From a bacterium (GTDB taxonomy: Bacteria; Patescibacteriota; Minisyncoccia; Phycocordibacterales; CAIZLB01): a DNA stretch of 58,831 nucleotides. A program made the translations under genes and the position numbers. Location: NCBI GenBank assembly GCA_027490575.1, contig JAIXXV010000031.1, positions 1 to 58,831 on the forward strand. Direction: 5' to 3'. Positions 43,102 through 53,235 of the stretch are shown piece by piece (the first letter of the stretch is position 1; the number at the start of each line of letters is the position of its first letter). The notes beneath the pieces are model-generated. The model was not told where the DNA came from, did no database searches, and saw only the letters and a program-made list of their open reading frames with translations.

Positions 43102-43140
43102 AAAACCGTTTGCTATAATACAGTAACGGTTTTTTATTTT
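43102..43140 (+). terminator. Intrinsic terminator
   Basis: Stem aaaaccgtt/aacggtttt followed by a T-run. Confidence 0.85.
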
Positions 43141-43191
43141 GCTCGATAGCGCGAAACCAGCCACAACCACAAGAATCCAAAAAACAATAAA

Positions 43192-44211
43192 ATGGAAACA
43201 AACGAATTAAAATTTATACAATACACTCCAGAACAAATGTCGGAGTACAAGCAAAACCACAAAACAAGTTTTTTTGCTTATGAATATGAAAAGCTTCTAG
43301 CTCAAAGAGAAGAGGTTTTACTGATGCTAGAAGATGAGAGCTTGAAAGCAATGGCAGAGGAGGAGCTATCTGATATAGACAATCAGCTACTTGGTATGGT
43401 GGACAAGATAGAACAGATTATGAAAGAAGACGAAGAGGCGGATCAATACCCATCTGAACTTATCATGGAAATCAGAGCTGGGGCGGGTGGGGAAGAGGCG
43501 GCACTTTTTGCTGAGCAACTTTCACTGATGTATCAAAACTATGCTATCGCTAAAGGTTGGTCTTCTAGGATTGTTGAGTCATCTGAAAGTTCTTTGGGTG
43601 GCTTCAAACAAGCCTCATATGAGGTGAAAGGGCATGAGGTATACAAATATTTTAAATACGAGACGGGAGTACACCGAGTACAGCGTGTCCCTGCAACTGA
43701 AAAGTCTGGACGTATTCACACATCTACTGCTTCTGTAGCAATCCTTCCTATCCGTAAGAAGTTTAAAGTCGAGGTAAACATGTCAGATATAGAAGTTGAG
43801 CTTTCACGTTCTGGTGGTGCTGGAGGGCAAAACGTAAACAAGGTGGAGACGGCCGTTAGACTCATTCACAAGCCTACAGGGCTTGATGTGCGATGTACTT
43901 CTGAGAGAAGTCAGCTAAAGAACAGAGAAAAGGCTATGCAGATTTTGACAGCCAAGATTCAACAGCTAAAAGAAGAGGAAGAAGCCAAAAAGTTCTCAAA
44001 AGACCGAAAAGACCAGATAGGAACAGGGGATAGATCTGAGAAGATCAGGACTTACAACTTCCTACAGGACCGTATTACAGACCACCGTATCAAGCAAAGC
44101 TGGCACAACATAGAGAACATTATGCTTGGAAACATTGGCCCCATCATCGATGCATTGCTTTCAGCTGAGGCAAATGGGTTCTCTGGAGGGGACGATTCTG
44201 ATGATGAATAA
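43192..44211 (+). CDS. prfA: Peptide chain release factor 1
   Basis: RF1-specific tripeptide PAT in [20 protein letters not shown] motif [24 protein letters not shown]. Confidence 0.92.
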   Translation: METNELKFIQYTPEQMSEYKQNHKTSFFAYEYEKLLAQREEVLLMLEDESLKAMAEEELSDIDNQLLGMVDKIEQIMKEDEEADQYPSELIMEIRAGAGGEEAALFAEQLSLMYQNYAIAKGWSSRIVESSESSLGGFKQASYEVKGHEVYKYFKYETGVHRVQRVPATEKSGRIHTSTASVAILPIRKKFKVEVNMSDIEVELSRSGGAGGQNVNKVETAVRLIHKPTGLDVRCTSERSQLKNREKAMQILTAKIQQLKEEEEAKKFSKDRKDQIGTGDRSEKIRTYNFLQDRITDHRIKQSWHNIENIMLGNIGPIIDALLSAEANGFSGGDDSDDE

Positions 44212-44324
44212 TTTGCCTAAATACTCAGGTAATCGGCGCAAAACTATCGGCTCAAAGGGGTATAAAACCCGTACATGGCCATGGTTGCAGTCTGCGAGCC
44301 TTTATGTTAAACTGCCCGGTACAT

Positions 44325-45101
44325 ATGTCAGCAAATACTGAAACAAAAAAACCAGTCATCGACGCCATGTTTAACGTGGGTGCTCATTATGGCTTTGTAA
44401 AATCAAGAAGACACCCAACTATAAAATCATTTATCTTTGGAGTTAAAAATAAAGTAGAAATATTTGATCTTGAAAAGACAGAAAAACAATTATCAGAAGC
44501 AATGGACTTCGCAAGAAGCGTAGGTGCAAGTGGAAAGCAAATTATATTCGTAGGTAGTAAAAGTGAAGCTAGAAACTCTATAAAAGAGGCGGCTGATCGT
44601 ATTGCTCAACCATACGTAGCTAGTAGATGGATTGGTGGTACTCTTACAAACTTTGATAACATCAAAAAGCGTATTGAAAAACTACTAGACCTTACTAGTC
44701 AAAAAGAAAAAGGTGAGCTTGCAAAGTACACTAAGAAAGAAAGAGTTATGATTGATAGAGATATCACAAAACTAAACAACCTTTTTGGTGGTATGACTTC
44801 TGTAACATCACTTCCTGGAGCTATCTTTGTAGCTGACTCAAAGAAAGAGCACATCGCAGTAGCGGAAGCCAATGACTGCGGTATCCCTGTTATCTCACTA
44901 TCAGGAGCAGACTGCGATATTTCTATCCTAAAGTATCCTATAGTAGCTAACGACTCATCTATCGATAGTGTTAAGTTTTTTACTGACAAGATTGCAAGTG
45001 CTTATGAAGAGGGTAAAAAGCTAAAAAAAGAAGCTTCACTATCTAGTGCTAGTTCATCAGCTCAGGCACCAACTTCAGCTAGACCATCTTCTGTAAAGTA
45101 A
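44325..45101 (+). CDS. rpsB: Ribosomal protein uS2
   Basis: MFNVGAHYGF...RWIGGTLTNF...DSKKEHIAVAEANDCGIPVI. The start is moved to the internal Met. Confidence 0.92.
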   Translation: MSANTETKKPVIDAMFNVGAHYGFVKSRRHPTIKSFIFGVKNKVEIFDLEKTEKQLSEAMDFARSVGASGKQIIFVGSKSEARNSIKEAADRIAQPYVASRWIGGTLTNFDNIKKRIEKLLDLTSQKEKGELAKYTKKERVMIDRDITKLNNLFGGMTSVTSLPGAIFVADSKKEHIAVAEANDCGIPVISLSGADCDISILKYPIVANDSSIDSVKFFTDKIASAYEEGKKLKKEASLSSASSSAQAPTSARPSSVK

Positions 45102-45107
45102 ACATCT

Positions 45108-45130
45108 AAACAGATATATCTGTTTATTTT
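45108..45130 (+). terminator. Intrinsic terminator
   Basis: Palindrome aaacagatatatctgttt followed by ATTTT. Confidence 0.6.
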
Positions 45131-45169
45131 ACTATTCATTTTATTCCAATTATTGATATAATAAACATT

Positions 45170-45766
45170 ATGACATCATCAAATATTTCTATGGATCAAG
45201 TTAAGGCGCTTAGAGACAAGACAGGTATCTCTATTATGCAATGCAAAAAAGCACTTGAAGATGCGCAAGGCGACGAAGAAAAAGCAATAATTTTCCTTAG
45301 AAAAAAAGGAGCTGAGATTGCAGCTAAAAAAGGAGATAGAGAGTTTGGTGGTGGTGCAGTACAGTCTTATATACACTCAAACGGTACTATAGGAACTATG
45401 GTAAAGCTTGTTTCAGAGACTGATTTCGTATCAAACAATGCTGAGTTCAAGGCTTTGGCTTACGATATTGCTATGCATATATCTGCAACAAACCCTGAGT
45501 TCATCAGAAAGGAAGATATAGACGAGGGTGTAAAGCAAAAAGCTACGGAGATCTTCCAAGAGGAAGTAGCAGGCAAGCCTGAAAACCTAAAAGAGCAGAT
45601 TCTTGCTGGTAAACTAGATGCTTACTTCAAAGATAGGATTTTGCTTGATCAACCATTCATCAAAAACCCAGAGTTGACTATACAGCAACTATTGGACAAT
45701 GCAGTGCAAAAGTTCGGTGAGAGGATTGAGGTGGCTCAGTTCACTAGAATGCAAGTAGGAAACTAG
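45170..45766 (+). CDS. tsf: Elongation factor Ts (short form)
   Basis: UBA-like N-terminus VKALRDKTGISIMQCKKALEDAQGDEEKAIIFLRKKG. TGATATAAT 7 nt upstream of the ATG. Confidence 0.88.
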   Translation: MTSSNISMDQVKALRDKTGISIMQCKKALEDAQGDEEKAIIFLRKKGAEIAAKKGDREFGGGAVQSYIHSNGTIGTMVKLVSETDFVSNNAEFKALAYDIAMHISATNPEFIRKEDIDEGVKQKATEIFQEEVAGKPENLKEQILAGKLDAYFKDRILLDQPFIKNPELTIQQLLDNAVQKFGERIEVAQFTRMQVGN

Positions 45767-45805
45767 CAAGTTGCTAGATTCTGGTACACGCCCAGTGGGC
45801 ACACT

Positions 45806-46165
45806 ATGATAATCGCTTTGACATTACTAATACTTTCTCTAGGCATCTCTGCTTTTATTCTGTGGAATAAAAAGAGAGAAGTTGAGTACGGTGAACCTTT
45901 GCTAAAGATTGGTAATGAGAAAATAGATCAGACTGTCTATGATACAACTGAGCTAATTATCTATACAGCTACACATGCTAGTGTAAACAGTACTAAAAAG
46001 TTTTTTAGAAAGGCCGTTATATCCGTTGAAAAACAAATTATCACTATATATAGAATCATAACTGATAGATTTATAAATATAGGAGATATGGTAACAGGTA
46101 AAAGTGTTCCAAAAAACAAAGGTTCAGTATCGTTCTTTTTGAAGAATGTAGAGAAGTATAAGTAG
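45806..46165 (+). CDS. Hypothetical single-pass membrane protein
   Basis: N-terminal TM (IIALTLLILSLGISAFILW). Confidence 0.4.
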   Translation: MIIALTLLILSLGISAFILWNKKREVEYGEPLLKIGNEKIDQTVYDTTELIIYTATHASVNSTKKFFRKAVISVEKQIITIYRIITDRFINIGDMVTGKSVPKNKGSVSFFLKNVEKYK

Positions 46166-46266
46166 TACTTTAAATCATTTCACAATTCTTTATGAGTAAA
46201 TCAACGCTAGTTTAAGGCCTTTCAAGGGTTGCAAAAAATAACAGGTTTGATAGAATCGTATGTATC

Positions 46267-46342
46267 GCCGCTTTAGCTCAGTTGGTAGAGCAACTGTTTT
46301 GTAAACAGTAGGTCCCCAGTTCAAGCCTGGGAAGCGGCTCCA
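46267..46342 (+). tRNA. tRNA-Thr (anticodon UGU), CCA encoded
   Basis: Cloverleaf folded by hand. Acceptor gccgctt/aagcggc. D arm gctc-agttggta-gagc. Anticodon arm actgt-ttTGTaa-acagt. Variable aggtc. T arm cccag-ttcaagc-ctggg. 3' end tCCA. Confidence 0.93.
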
Positions 46343-46349
46343 GAAAGAT

Positions 46350-46386
46350 AAAACACCGACATATTTCGTGCCGGTGTTTTGTTTTA
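46350..46386 (+). terminator. Intrinsic terminator after the tRNA
   Basis: Stem aacaccg/cggtgtt followed by TTTTGTTTT. Confidence 0.75.
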
Positions 46387-46470
46387 CTAGAAACTATAAC
46401 TCCAACTTACACTGACGATTGCCTAGTACTTACACAGGCTGGTTTGCACATCGGCAGATCGATTGTCAGT

Positions 46471-48399
46471 CTATATAGCAGGCGGTGTGAGGCTTGTACC
46501 AATACCTCTAGGTGTATCGATAATAGCTTGCGCTGTACCAGCTACAGTACATGCAGGAGCAGTCCCTACAGAGCATTCAGGTGTGCCAGGCATTAGACCT
46601 CCTATGGCATATACACCAGGCGTCAAAATATTGAAGTTTGCCTTAAGTGTGGATATGCCAGGGACAAACATTACTTCTATGATAGGTGTCATCACTGGAC
46701 TGAAGTTTTCTATTGTAAGTAATGTAGGGAGGCCGGCTGAGCATGTGCACACTGTAGACTTGACTATCTTGCCACCAAAATAGTCTATGATAGGAGCTGT
46801 TGCTTTACTGATAAAACTAGCTGCAACACCTACTCCCACCGCTACTGCCGCCACTGCTACGACGGCACCCGCATTTGAACCATTTGATTGTGTATTATTG
46901 GTTTGAGATTGATCGGCACTTGGAGTAGACGCCTGTACCGCTTCTATCGCAGGTATTTCCATACTGCTTATATCTGTAACAGTCGTGCTGTTTGTACTAC
47001 TTGTGGTAGTTGTTGTAGTTGTAGTGGCTGTGCCTGTAGCATTTGTAGTATCCAAAAGATCCCTGTCTTGGGTCAGTGTGGGAAAGGTAGTTGAAGAAAA
47101 TCGTATAGTATGAGAAAGCTCCTGATCACTTGTACCCATCTCATTACGAACTCTTACAAGGAGGTTTACGTCTTGGCCTCTGTACTGATTAAATGCTATT
47201 AAGTAGTTAGGTAATTGTCCAGGTAAAAATACAAGTCTTTGAGGATCAGATGTGACTGCATTTGATATGGTACCGAGATTTGTGACAATGTTATTTCTAG
47301 TCAAAAAGTTTCTGCCAAATATTGTTATGGGTTGATTTAAGAATGATGTAAAGCTTGGTGAGATACTTGTCAGTACTGGCTTATCTCCTTGACCTAGAAG
47401 AGGACCACCTTGCACTGTGAGATAGATAGGGCTAGAAATCCTCAGCCCGTTTCGATTGTCTATGGATATTAGGTAATTGCCATCCGGGATAGTCGAAGGT
47501 ACTTTTATGTTCATATATGTACCATTGTTTATGGAGATATAAGGACCTGTAGGTACTGAGCCAAAATACACGACGTTATTTGAAGGAGTGAATCCTGAAC
47601 CTGTAACTGTGATCGTTTGATCTCTTTGTACTACATAACTTGAAAATCCACTTATGTTGATACGTGTAGAGTTTGCTAGGCGGAGCATATCAGGTGAAAG
47701 GGTATATATATCTATACCAGAAGTAGTCCGCACTCTGAAAAGGTTGAGACCTGTCTGTGGATTGTTGATGTTTTGCACGACAGGTGTATTGGTAATCATT
47801 TGGCCGGCTTGTGATGTACCCACCTGCGTGTTAGGTGCGCTATTCACAGTGTTGCTTGAGAAGTTTGAAGTACTAATACCGATGTTACCACCTGATAGTA
47901 ATTGGTTTAACTTGGTCCTTGTCAGTGGCCCAACAAAACCTGTAGCTGTAGTAAGTCCTGCAGGGGTTAGAACTTCAGATGCATAGAGATTTTGAAATCT
48001 GATAACAGCATCTTTTGTTAGCTGGCCAAAGTAGTTGGTAGGGTTTTGGCTCGATCCAGCACCTGTAAGGGCAACTGTTGTCCGAGTGTCGCTGTTTAGT
48101 AAAAGCTGGAGATAGCCAACGTCTGGGCTTATAGTCTGTCCAGAAGATAAGTTTTGGTTGAAGCTGAAACCTTGAGGTATTGATTGTATTCCTGTCTGAC
48201 CTTGCACACCCACTTGTGTCTGCGCGTCGACGGCCCTGACGTATGGATTTATGTCACTTGGTGAGGTTGTTGATACAGAAGACAGGCCAAATATAACCGG
48301 CGTATAAATATACCCAGTAATCAATGAGACAACTAATACCGAAGCAATAATATCTTTGCTAATTCTCTTCTGTGAGGCAGGTTTAAAATCACTATTCAT
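46471..48399 (-). CDS. Cell-surface protein with a peptidoglycan-binding domain, two IPT/TIG-like domains, a Thr-rich linker, a hydrophobic segment and a Cys-containing C-terminal domain
   Basis: PG_binding_1-like GYLQLLLNS...FGQLTKDAVIRFQ...GFVGPLTRTKLNQLL. Ig-like blocks (ITVTGSGFTPSNNVVYFG, ITIFGRNFLTRNN). TTTTTTTTSST linker. AVVAVAAVAVGVGVAA segment. Confidence 0.6.
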   Translation of the reverse strand: MNSDFKPASQKRISKDIIASVLVVSLITGYIYTPVIFGLSSVSTTSPSDINPYVRAVDAQTQVGVQGQTGIQSIPQGFSFNQNLSSGQTISPDVGYLQLLLNSDTRTTVALTGAGSSQNPTNYFGQLTKDAVIRFQNLYASEVLTPAGLTTATGFVGPLTRTKLNQLLSGGNIGISTSNFSSNTVNSAPNTQVGTSQAGQMITNTPVVQNINNPQTGLNLFRVRTTSGIDIYTLSPDMLRLANSTRINISGFSSYVVQRDQTITVTGSGFTPSNNVVYFGSVPTGPYISINNGTYMNIKVPSTIPDGNYLISIDNRNGLRISSPIYLTVQGGPLLGQGDKPVLTSISPSFTSFLNQPITIFGRNFLTRNNIVTNLGTISNAVTSDPQRLVFLPGQLPNYLIAFNQYRGQDVNLLVRVRNEMGTSDQELSHTIRFSSTTFPTLTQDRDLLDTTNATGTATTTTTTTTSSTNSTTVTDISSMEIPAIEAVQASTPSADQSQTNNTQSNGSNAGAVVAVAAVAVGVGVAASFISKATAPIIDYFGGKIVKSTVCTCSAGLPTLLTIENFSPVMTPIIEVMFVPGISTLKANFNILTPGVYAIGGLMPGTPECSVGTAPACTVAGTAQAIIDTPRGIGTSLTPPAI

Positions 48400-48544
48400 A
48401 TGAAAGATTATATCATATCAATAAAAACTAAAATGAATTTATTTTAAAGATTTAGTGTCCCGGGTTTAACTAACAATTCATGAGTTAACCACAACCTTCT
48501 TGAGCCAGCCGCGCTCTTACTGATTTAGTCTCACGCTGCTGAAT

Positions 48545-49312
48545 TTAGTTTCTTGGTTTCGCGCTAGTAGCTCCAGTTGAAGTAGAAGCTTTGTTTTCAG
48601 AGTCTTTAGACATTTCCTCTAGTTCTTTCTTCTTAGCATTCTCGATGTCGATTTGCTTTAGATCAGGTATAAGCTCCTTAATCTCATCTATAGATTTGAA
48701 GCCGATATTTGATTGACCATTGTATACAAGGGCAGGTAGTTTTGTAGATTCGATGCCAAAGATAGTTTTCAAGGTATTTAGAGCACCTAGGTCTAGTTTT
48801 GTATCAAATGAGTATATACGTAGCTCAGGGTATTGTTGTCTAAGCCTAGTCAGTACGTATGACATATCTTCACATTCAGAACAATCTTCCTTGTCGCCGT
48901 AGAAATACAAGACTGAGATAACTTTTTGATCTTTACATTTTTCAGCAAGCTGTCTCATCAAAATCCAATCTTTTACTTGGAGTAGGGAATAGTACTTTTT
49001 GAGATAGGCTATTTCACCCTGATTGCTTTCACTTTGATTTGCTTCTAAGTAAGAAAGCTTTGTGGCAAGTGAGTTTAGCTCTTTTGACAAGACAGAATCA
49101 TCAATACTTTTACAAGAAGTTTCTTTCAGTAGATTGAATTGTGTCTCTGAAGATAGGAGGTCGAGAGATATTTGGTCCTGTATTGATTTTACATCTTCGT
49201 ATCTTTTTTGATCGAGTATGCCGTTTATATAAAGCATCAGTCCGAAGATGATAGCTGTTATCATAAAGGTCATAACGTATTTATTTCTATCTATTGATTG
49301 TCTTGTATTCAT
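48545..49312 (-). CDS. Membrane-anchored thioredoxin-like protein (CxxC)
   Basis: N-terminal TM, a coiled segment, then VLYFYGDKEDCSECEDM...LPALVYNG with a thioredoxin-fold pattern. Confidence 0.5.
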   Translation of the reverse strand: MNTRQSIDRNKYVMTFMITAIIFGLMLYINGILDQKRYEDVKSIQDQISLDLLSSETQFNLLKETSCKSIDDSVLSKELNSLATKLSYLEANQSESNQGEIAYLKKYYSLLQVKDWILMRQLAEKCKDQKVISVLYFYGDKEDCSECEDMSYVLTRLRQQYPELRIYSFDTKLDLGALNTLKTIFGIESTKLPALVYNGQSNIGFKSIDEIKELIPDLKQIDIENAKKKELEEMSKDSENKASTSTGATSAKPRN

Positions 49313-49367
49313 ATATTTTTTGTTAATGTTTATTTTAATGTTTTCTTTTTTTTACTTGTCGGCCCAT

Positions 49368-49402
49368 CTGCTACCTATTACCTGATACCTGTTAACTGTT
49401 TT
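49368..49402 (-). repeat. Heptamer array. On the + strand: ctgctac/ctattac/ctgatac/ctgttaa/ctgtttt. This is the CAGNTAN family in the sense of the GT2 gene.
   Basis: Five tandem 7-nt units beginning at the TAA stop of ORF 49401..50696. Confidence 0.85.
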
Positions 49403-50696
49403 ACCTCCACGCCGCATCTCTGTTCCTAATAGTATTATAAACAGAAGTGATGAGCCATAGTGGTGATATCAAAGAATAGAGAAGTAGGAAATACAATATA
49501 TCCATATAGTTGTTTTCTTTTATACCAGCTAACTTTTTTCCATAAACAACTGCAAATATGATAATGAGCACCGCTATAGATCCAAGTATCAATGATGATT
49601 GTAAGTTGTAGAACCACCAGTCAATATTTGTCCCTATGAATTGCTGAAGGTCTAATCTCCAATCAAAACCCGTCACCTTAAACCTATTGTAAGCTTCAAA
49701 TGATCGAGTTATCAAAGTTGTGAGGTTGTATGCTAGGAATATAAGTGTTGCCAATATACTGTACATTGCTAACGGTAATACCAAGAATCCTAGGTTACCG
49801 TAATTTGGATTCAGTATGAGTCTTTTATAGTCCAGAGCATTTTGTATGAATCCACCTGTCCAACGTACTCTCTGTTTGTAAAGTTTGTAGATAGTTCTTG
49901 GCCCAACTGTATATACCAAAGCCCTGTGGGCATTTCTTATCTTGTAGTGCTTTTCTTGGAGTCTAAGTGCCATTTCCAAGTCCTCTGTATTGTGAGCGTG
50001 TCTGTATGGTCCAACATCATTGAACACCTCTCTTTTAAAAATAGAAAATGGTCCCGGTGTTACGTATTGTGCATCTAGTATTGCGAGTATTTTTCTTGTA
50101 AATATTCCGAGTTGGTATTCAGCGTTTTGTATCATACCTAGCACATTGTCTGGGTTTTGAATTTTCATCGAAGGTGTAACTGCTACCACTCCTTCTTCAG
50201 CAAAGTATGGCAATATGTGGTTTAGGGCTTCACTGTCTACAAAAGAGTCTGCATCAAGACATCCTATGTATTCAGAAGTGGCATGCTCTATAGCATAGTT
50301 TAGCGCTGTGTATTTTCCGCCATTTTCTTTTTGGTGTAGGGCTATCATTGGATGACCTTGAAACTTCTGTACAAATTTCCAAGTATTATCTTTTGATCCA
50401 TCGTCTACCACCATGATAGTAAGTTTGTCTTTAGGGTAGTTTAGGTCGAGTAAAGAGAGTATGGTTTTTTCCACAGTTTTCTCTTCATTGAAAACAGGTA
50501 CGACAATAGTCACTGTTGGTTTGTCAGTATCAGGAATGTTTTCTAAGGTCTCACCATCTGGGCCTATACCTTCAAGTCTTTTGTTTTCTGACTTAATACT
50601 GCTTCGGTTTTCCAGGAGGGTTAAAATCAAAAAAACCTGGAAGTACAGGATTAGGAACATAAATGAGTATAAAAATAGGTCAAAGGCTATGTCCAT
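49401..50696 (-). CDS. Processive family-2 glycosyltransferase (PgaC/chitin/cellulose-synthase-like)
   Basis: VTIVVPVFNEE, VVDDGSKDNT, GCLDADS (DxD), and QRVRWTGG (QxxRW), with flanking TM helices. Confidence 0.85.
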   Translation of the reverse strand: MDIAFDLFLYSFMFLILYFQVFLILTLLENRSSIKSENKRLEGIGPDGETLENIPDTDKPTVTIVVPVFNEEKTVEKTILSLLDLNYPKDKLTIMVVDDGSKDNTWKFVQKFQGHPMIALHQKENGGKYTALNYAIEHATSEYIGCLDADSFVDSEALNHILPYFAEEGVVAVTPSMKIQNPDNVLGMIQNAEYQLGIFTRKILAILDAQYVTPGPFSIFKREVFNDVGPYRHAHNTEDLEMALRLQEKHYKIRNAHRALVYTVGPRTIYKLYKQRVRWTGGFIQNALDYKRLILNPNYGNLGFLVLPLAMYSILATLIFLAYNLTTLITRSFEAYNRFKVTGFDWRLDLQQFIGTNIDWWFYNLQSSLILGSIAVLIIIFAVVYGKKLAGIKENNYMDILYFLLLYSLISPLWLITSVYNTIRNRDAAWR

Positions 50697-50847
50697 GTGT
50701 TTTTGTGCTGTTTATTGGATTGGTCGGGTATATCTTTCTGGGCGGTGCATACGCCTGGATCTTTCAGTGTTCAACTATACCACATTTGAGGTGTTTTTCA
50801 AGCAATATGCGGGATGACAATGATTAAATTATGTTAATATGTAAATT

Positions 50848-51054
50848 ATGATTTTGAAAAGCGAAGGTTATGATAGGTCTGGAAATAATGAAGGTGAGGA
50901 ATTTGTTAAAGTCGACCCTGAAGACTTCGCAGAAAATATAAAAATCTCTAAGCCAAATACTAGGCAATTTACTAAAAGATATTCTCCATTAGCTAGGCTA
51001 GAACTAGCATCTAAGATTAAACTTGTTAGATTGAAAAAAAGATGGGTATCTTAG
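50848..51054 (+). CDS. Hypothetical 68-aa ORF, possibly the 5' part of the next gene
   Basis: TAATAT box 7 nt upstream of the ATG. Overlaps the next ORF by 13 nt across an A7 run. Confidence 0.35.
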   Translation: MILKSEGYDRSGNNEGEEFVKVDPEDFAENIKISKPNTRQFTKRYSPLARLELASKIKLVRLKKRWVS

Positions 51055-52421
51055 ATGAAGATCTGGAAAAAGATGAAATAAATAATCTTGAGTCAGATTT
51101 CTATGATAAGTTTGGTCATGAAGAAATTGAGTTCAATAAAGAGTCAGAAACAATTAGAAGTGTGGAATGGTTAAGTAAAAACAAGGGGGTTATTTTTGTT
51201 CACAGTATTCCACTGGATGGAATCACATTCCCTGGTAACACAAGCATGAATAATGATCTGATGTATACAGAAAACCTAAATACAGAAGAAAGGTTGTCAC
51301 TTTTGGTAAATGAAAAGCCGGTAGTGTCATGTAGCACTGTAAAGTTGAAAAAAAATAAATCTGGGGCTGTAATTGCGGATAATGCTGATAGAGAAACATT
51401 CGGTCCTTTTGGTGTAGTAGTAGGTCAAGGCACGGTACTATCTGCCCATCGTTTCGACTCTGGTACAGTTGCTGTAAATGATTTTTCAAAATACAGAAAG
51501 TATGATAAAAACGATCCTTTAAATGGAATCCAGCCGAAGATATCTGCTCAGATGGAACATGCCTTAGAAGGTCCTTTTTCATATGATTATATAAAAAAAG
51601 TTAAATCAATGCATGGTCATGTTGACGGGATTGATAGTAGAACAGGATCATATGGAACAAGATATAATGAAATAGTTGTTTCGAGTCCAATTATATCTGG
51701 ATTCTACATAAGCGAAGCCGGAATCAAGAAAGCATTTACTGATGAAAAAAATAAGAGTATTTTAGGTTACCTATCAAACTTAAGTATATTGAAAAAATAT
51801 TCAAATGTGCCTATTTATGTAAAGCATGACAATGGCATTACCTGCGAGTATTTCATAAACCAAGAAGGTGAATTACAGCCAGTTATTGAAGAGGGGAAAA
51901 TTGACCCAGTTTTACCAGAGAAAACTTTGCAAGATTACGATTTCAAAGAAGTAAAAAAAGCTACGAAAATAGAAACTGAACTGTTGGGTCAATCCTATCA
52001 CGTGAATTTTAGTAATTTAGCAGACTCACTAAACGAACGTTTTAAAAAAACCGAGGAATATTTTATACACATTTATTCGTCAATCGACTCTATTTTAAAC
52101 AACATCGATAGAATTAAATTGCTAATTGATAGTGGTGCAATAACAGAAGAAGATATTGCAAATGACATTTTGAAAGACTTCAGTCTTTATCTTAAGGGTG
52201 CAAATGATGGTATTGAACGCATTGAAAAAATGGCGGTTGAAGAAAACAACCATGTGTACTTATCACCAAGATCTAGAGTTTTTAGTAGTATGTATAATGT
52301 ATATAAAAATCAAATATCTACTGCTAGGGAACAAATTACGTCATTTATAGAAAAACTTAGGGAGTCTGGTCTTGAAAAAGTTTACGATATTGTTTTGAAC
52401 AATTTGGATAAATCTAAATAA
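51042..52421 (+). CDS. Hypothetical protein, 459 aa
   Basis: Long AT-rich ORF with no promoter of its own. No family recognised. Confidence 0.5.
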   Translation: MGILDEDLEKDEINNLESDFYDKFGHEEIEFNKESETIRSVEWLSKNKGVIFVHSIPLDGITFPGNTSMNNDLMYTENLNTEERLSLLVNEKPVVSCSTVKLKKNKSGAVIADNADRETFGPFGVVVGQGTVLSAHRFDSGTVAVNDFSKYRKYDKNDPLNGIQPKISAQMEHALEGPFSYDYIKKVKSMHGHVDGIDSRTGSYGTRYNEIVVSSPIISGFYISEAGIKKAFTDEKNKSILGYLSNLSILKKYSNVPIYVKHDNGITCEYFINQEGELQPVIEEGKIDPVLPEKTLQDYDFKEVKKATKIETELLGQSYHVNFSNLADSLNERFKKTEEYFIHIYSSIDSILNNIDRIKLLIDSGAITEEDIANDILKDFSLYLKGANDGIERIEKMAVEENNHVYLSPRSRVFSSMYNVYKNQISTAREQITSFIEKLRESGLEKVYDIVLNNLDKSK

Positions 52422-52425
52422 AAAA

Positions 52426-52453
52426 CGTCACGCTTGTGTTTCAAAGCGTGACG
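52426..52453. terminator. Strong hairpin, functional as a minus-strand terminator and possibly bidirectional
   Basis: 10-bp stem cgtcacgctt/aagcgtgacg. T-run on the minus-strand side, A-run on the plus side. Confidence 0.7.
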
Positions 52454-52677
52454 ATAGTAGACTGAAAGTTTCAGGCTCAGTGAGTCGCAGGCAAATTCAA
52501 GACAGCTTGACTATCTGGGAGTTTACGAAGATGTTGACTGTCTTTGCCACCACTCTCTACATTGACAATGTCTGCTCTAATCAGTGGTGTCGGTGATGAT
52601 TCCGTAGATGGAGGATTGTTCAGGTGATAGTGATAGACAAAGGACTTGTAAAGCCCAGTTATCCCAAGTTTCAATCC

Positions 52678-52989
52678 CTAGGCACAACCAAGCAGGTGCG
52701 CGATAGTGACCTGGACAAATCCTTTGTACTCCAGTGAAAGCCACGCATACAAGGCGGCCACACACATCATCGTGACTGGTATCACAATTGAGAAGAAGTG
52801 TGGCCCCTCTCGACCTTCTTTGTGGAAGTCATAAGGGTGGCTGAATGCGATTGTGGAGCAAAAATAGCCGCCCGCAATTGCAGGTAGGATGACAAAGAGT
52901 TTTGCCACGCCTAGATAAACTAGAATAGCTGATACCATGAGTGGCACCACGATTGATAGTACAGTTGTTTTGATATGTTGAGATTTCAT
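52678..52989 (-). CDS. Hypothetical 3-TM membrane protein (GC-richer cassette)
   Basis: Hydrophobic segments. AAGGAA 11 nt upstream of the internal ATG (MKSQHIK). TAG stop. A possible 65-codon TTG-start ORF follows at 52477..52674. Confidence 0.45.
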   Translation of the reverse strand: MKSQHIKTTVLSIVVPLMVSAILVYLGVAKLFVILPAIAGGYFCSTIAFSHPYDFHKEGREGPHFFSIVIPVTMMCVAALYAWLSLEYKGFVQVTIAHLLGCA

Positions 52990-53235
52990 GATTCTACATT
53001 TTCCTTTCAATGAACGTTTGTTGTTTTTTCTCTGCAACCAAGACATGTGACTGCATTTTCAGCTCACCAAGTTCAGGTTTAGTGCTTTGAAAATGAAGTC
53101 TCTATATTTAAGGGAAACAGATTTGCTTTTTCAGTATTATAACACATAGTATGTATATATGCAAGTGTACTTAGCTTACATGTATACCATTGTTATGCCT
53201 GCAATTTACCAGTTTTCTGCTATAATCAGAAAACT

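Noticed and set aside
44126-44341. A 71-aa ORF spanning the prfA end and the rpsB start, and a possible structured rpsB leader in the GC-richer spacer 44212-44324
   Set aside because: The ORF overlaps two well-supported genes and has no signals. Small palindromes (catggccatgg, gggt-ataaa-accc) are present, but I could not build a convincing conserved structure.
46267-46470. The tRNA-Thr as an integration site for the downstream surface-protein cluster
   Set aside because: No integrase is present, no direct repeat of the tRNA 3' end was found downstream, and the adjacent genes have native promoter architecture.
53047-53235. T-box or other leader upstream of pheST
   Set aside because: No T-box consensus (AGGGTGGTACCGCG-like) or specifier/antiterminator structure is seen. 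The TGcTATAAT promoter sits only 9 nt from the pheS ATG, which leaves no leader.
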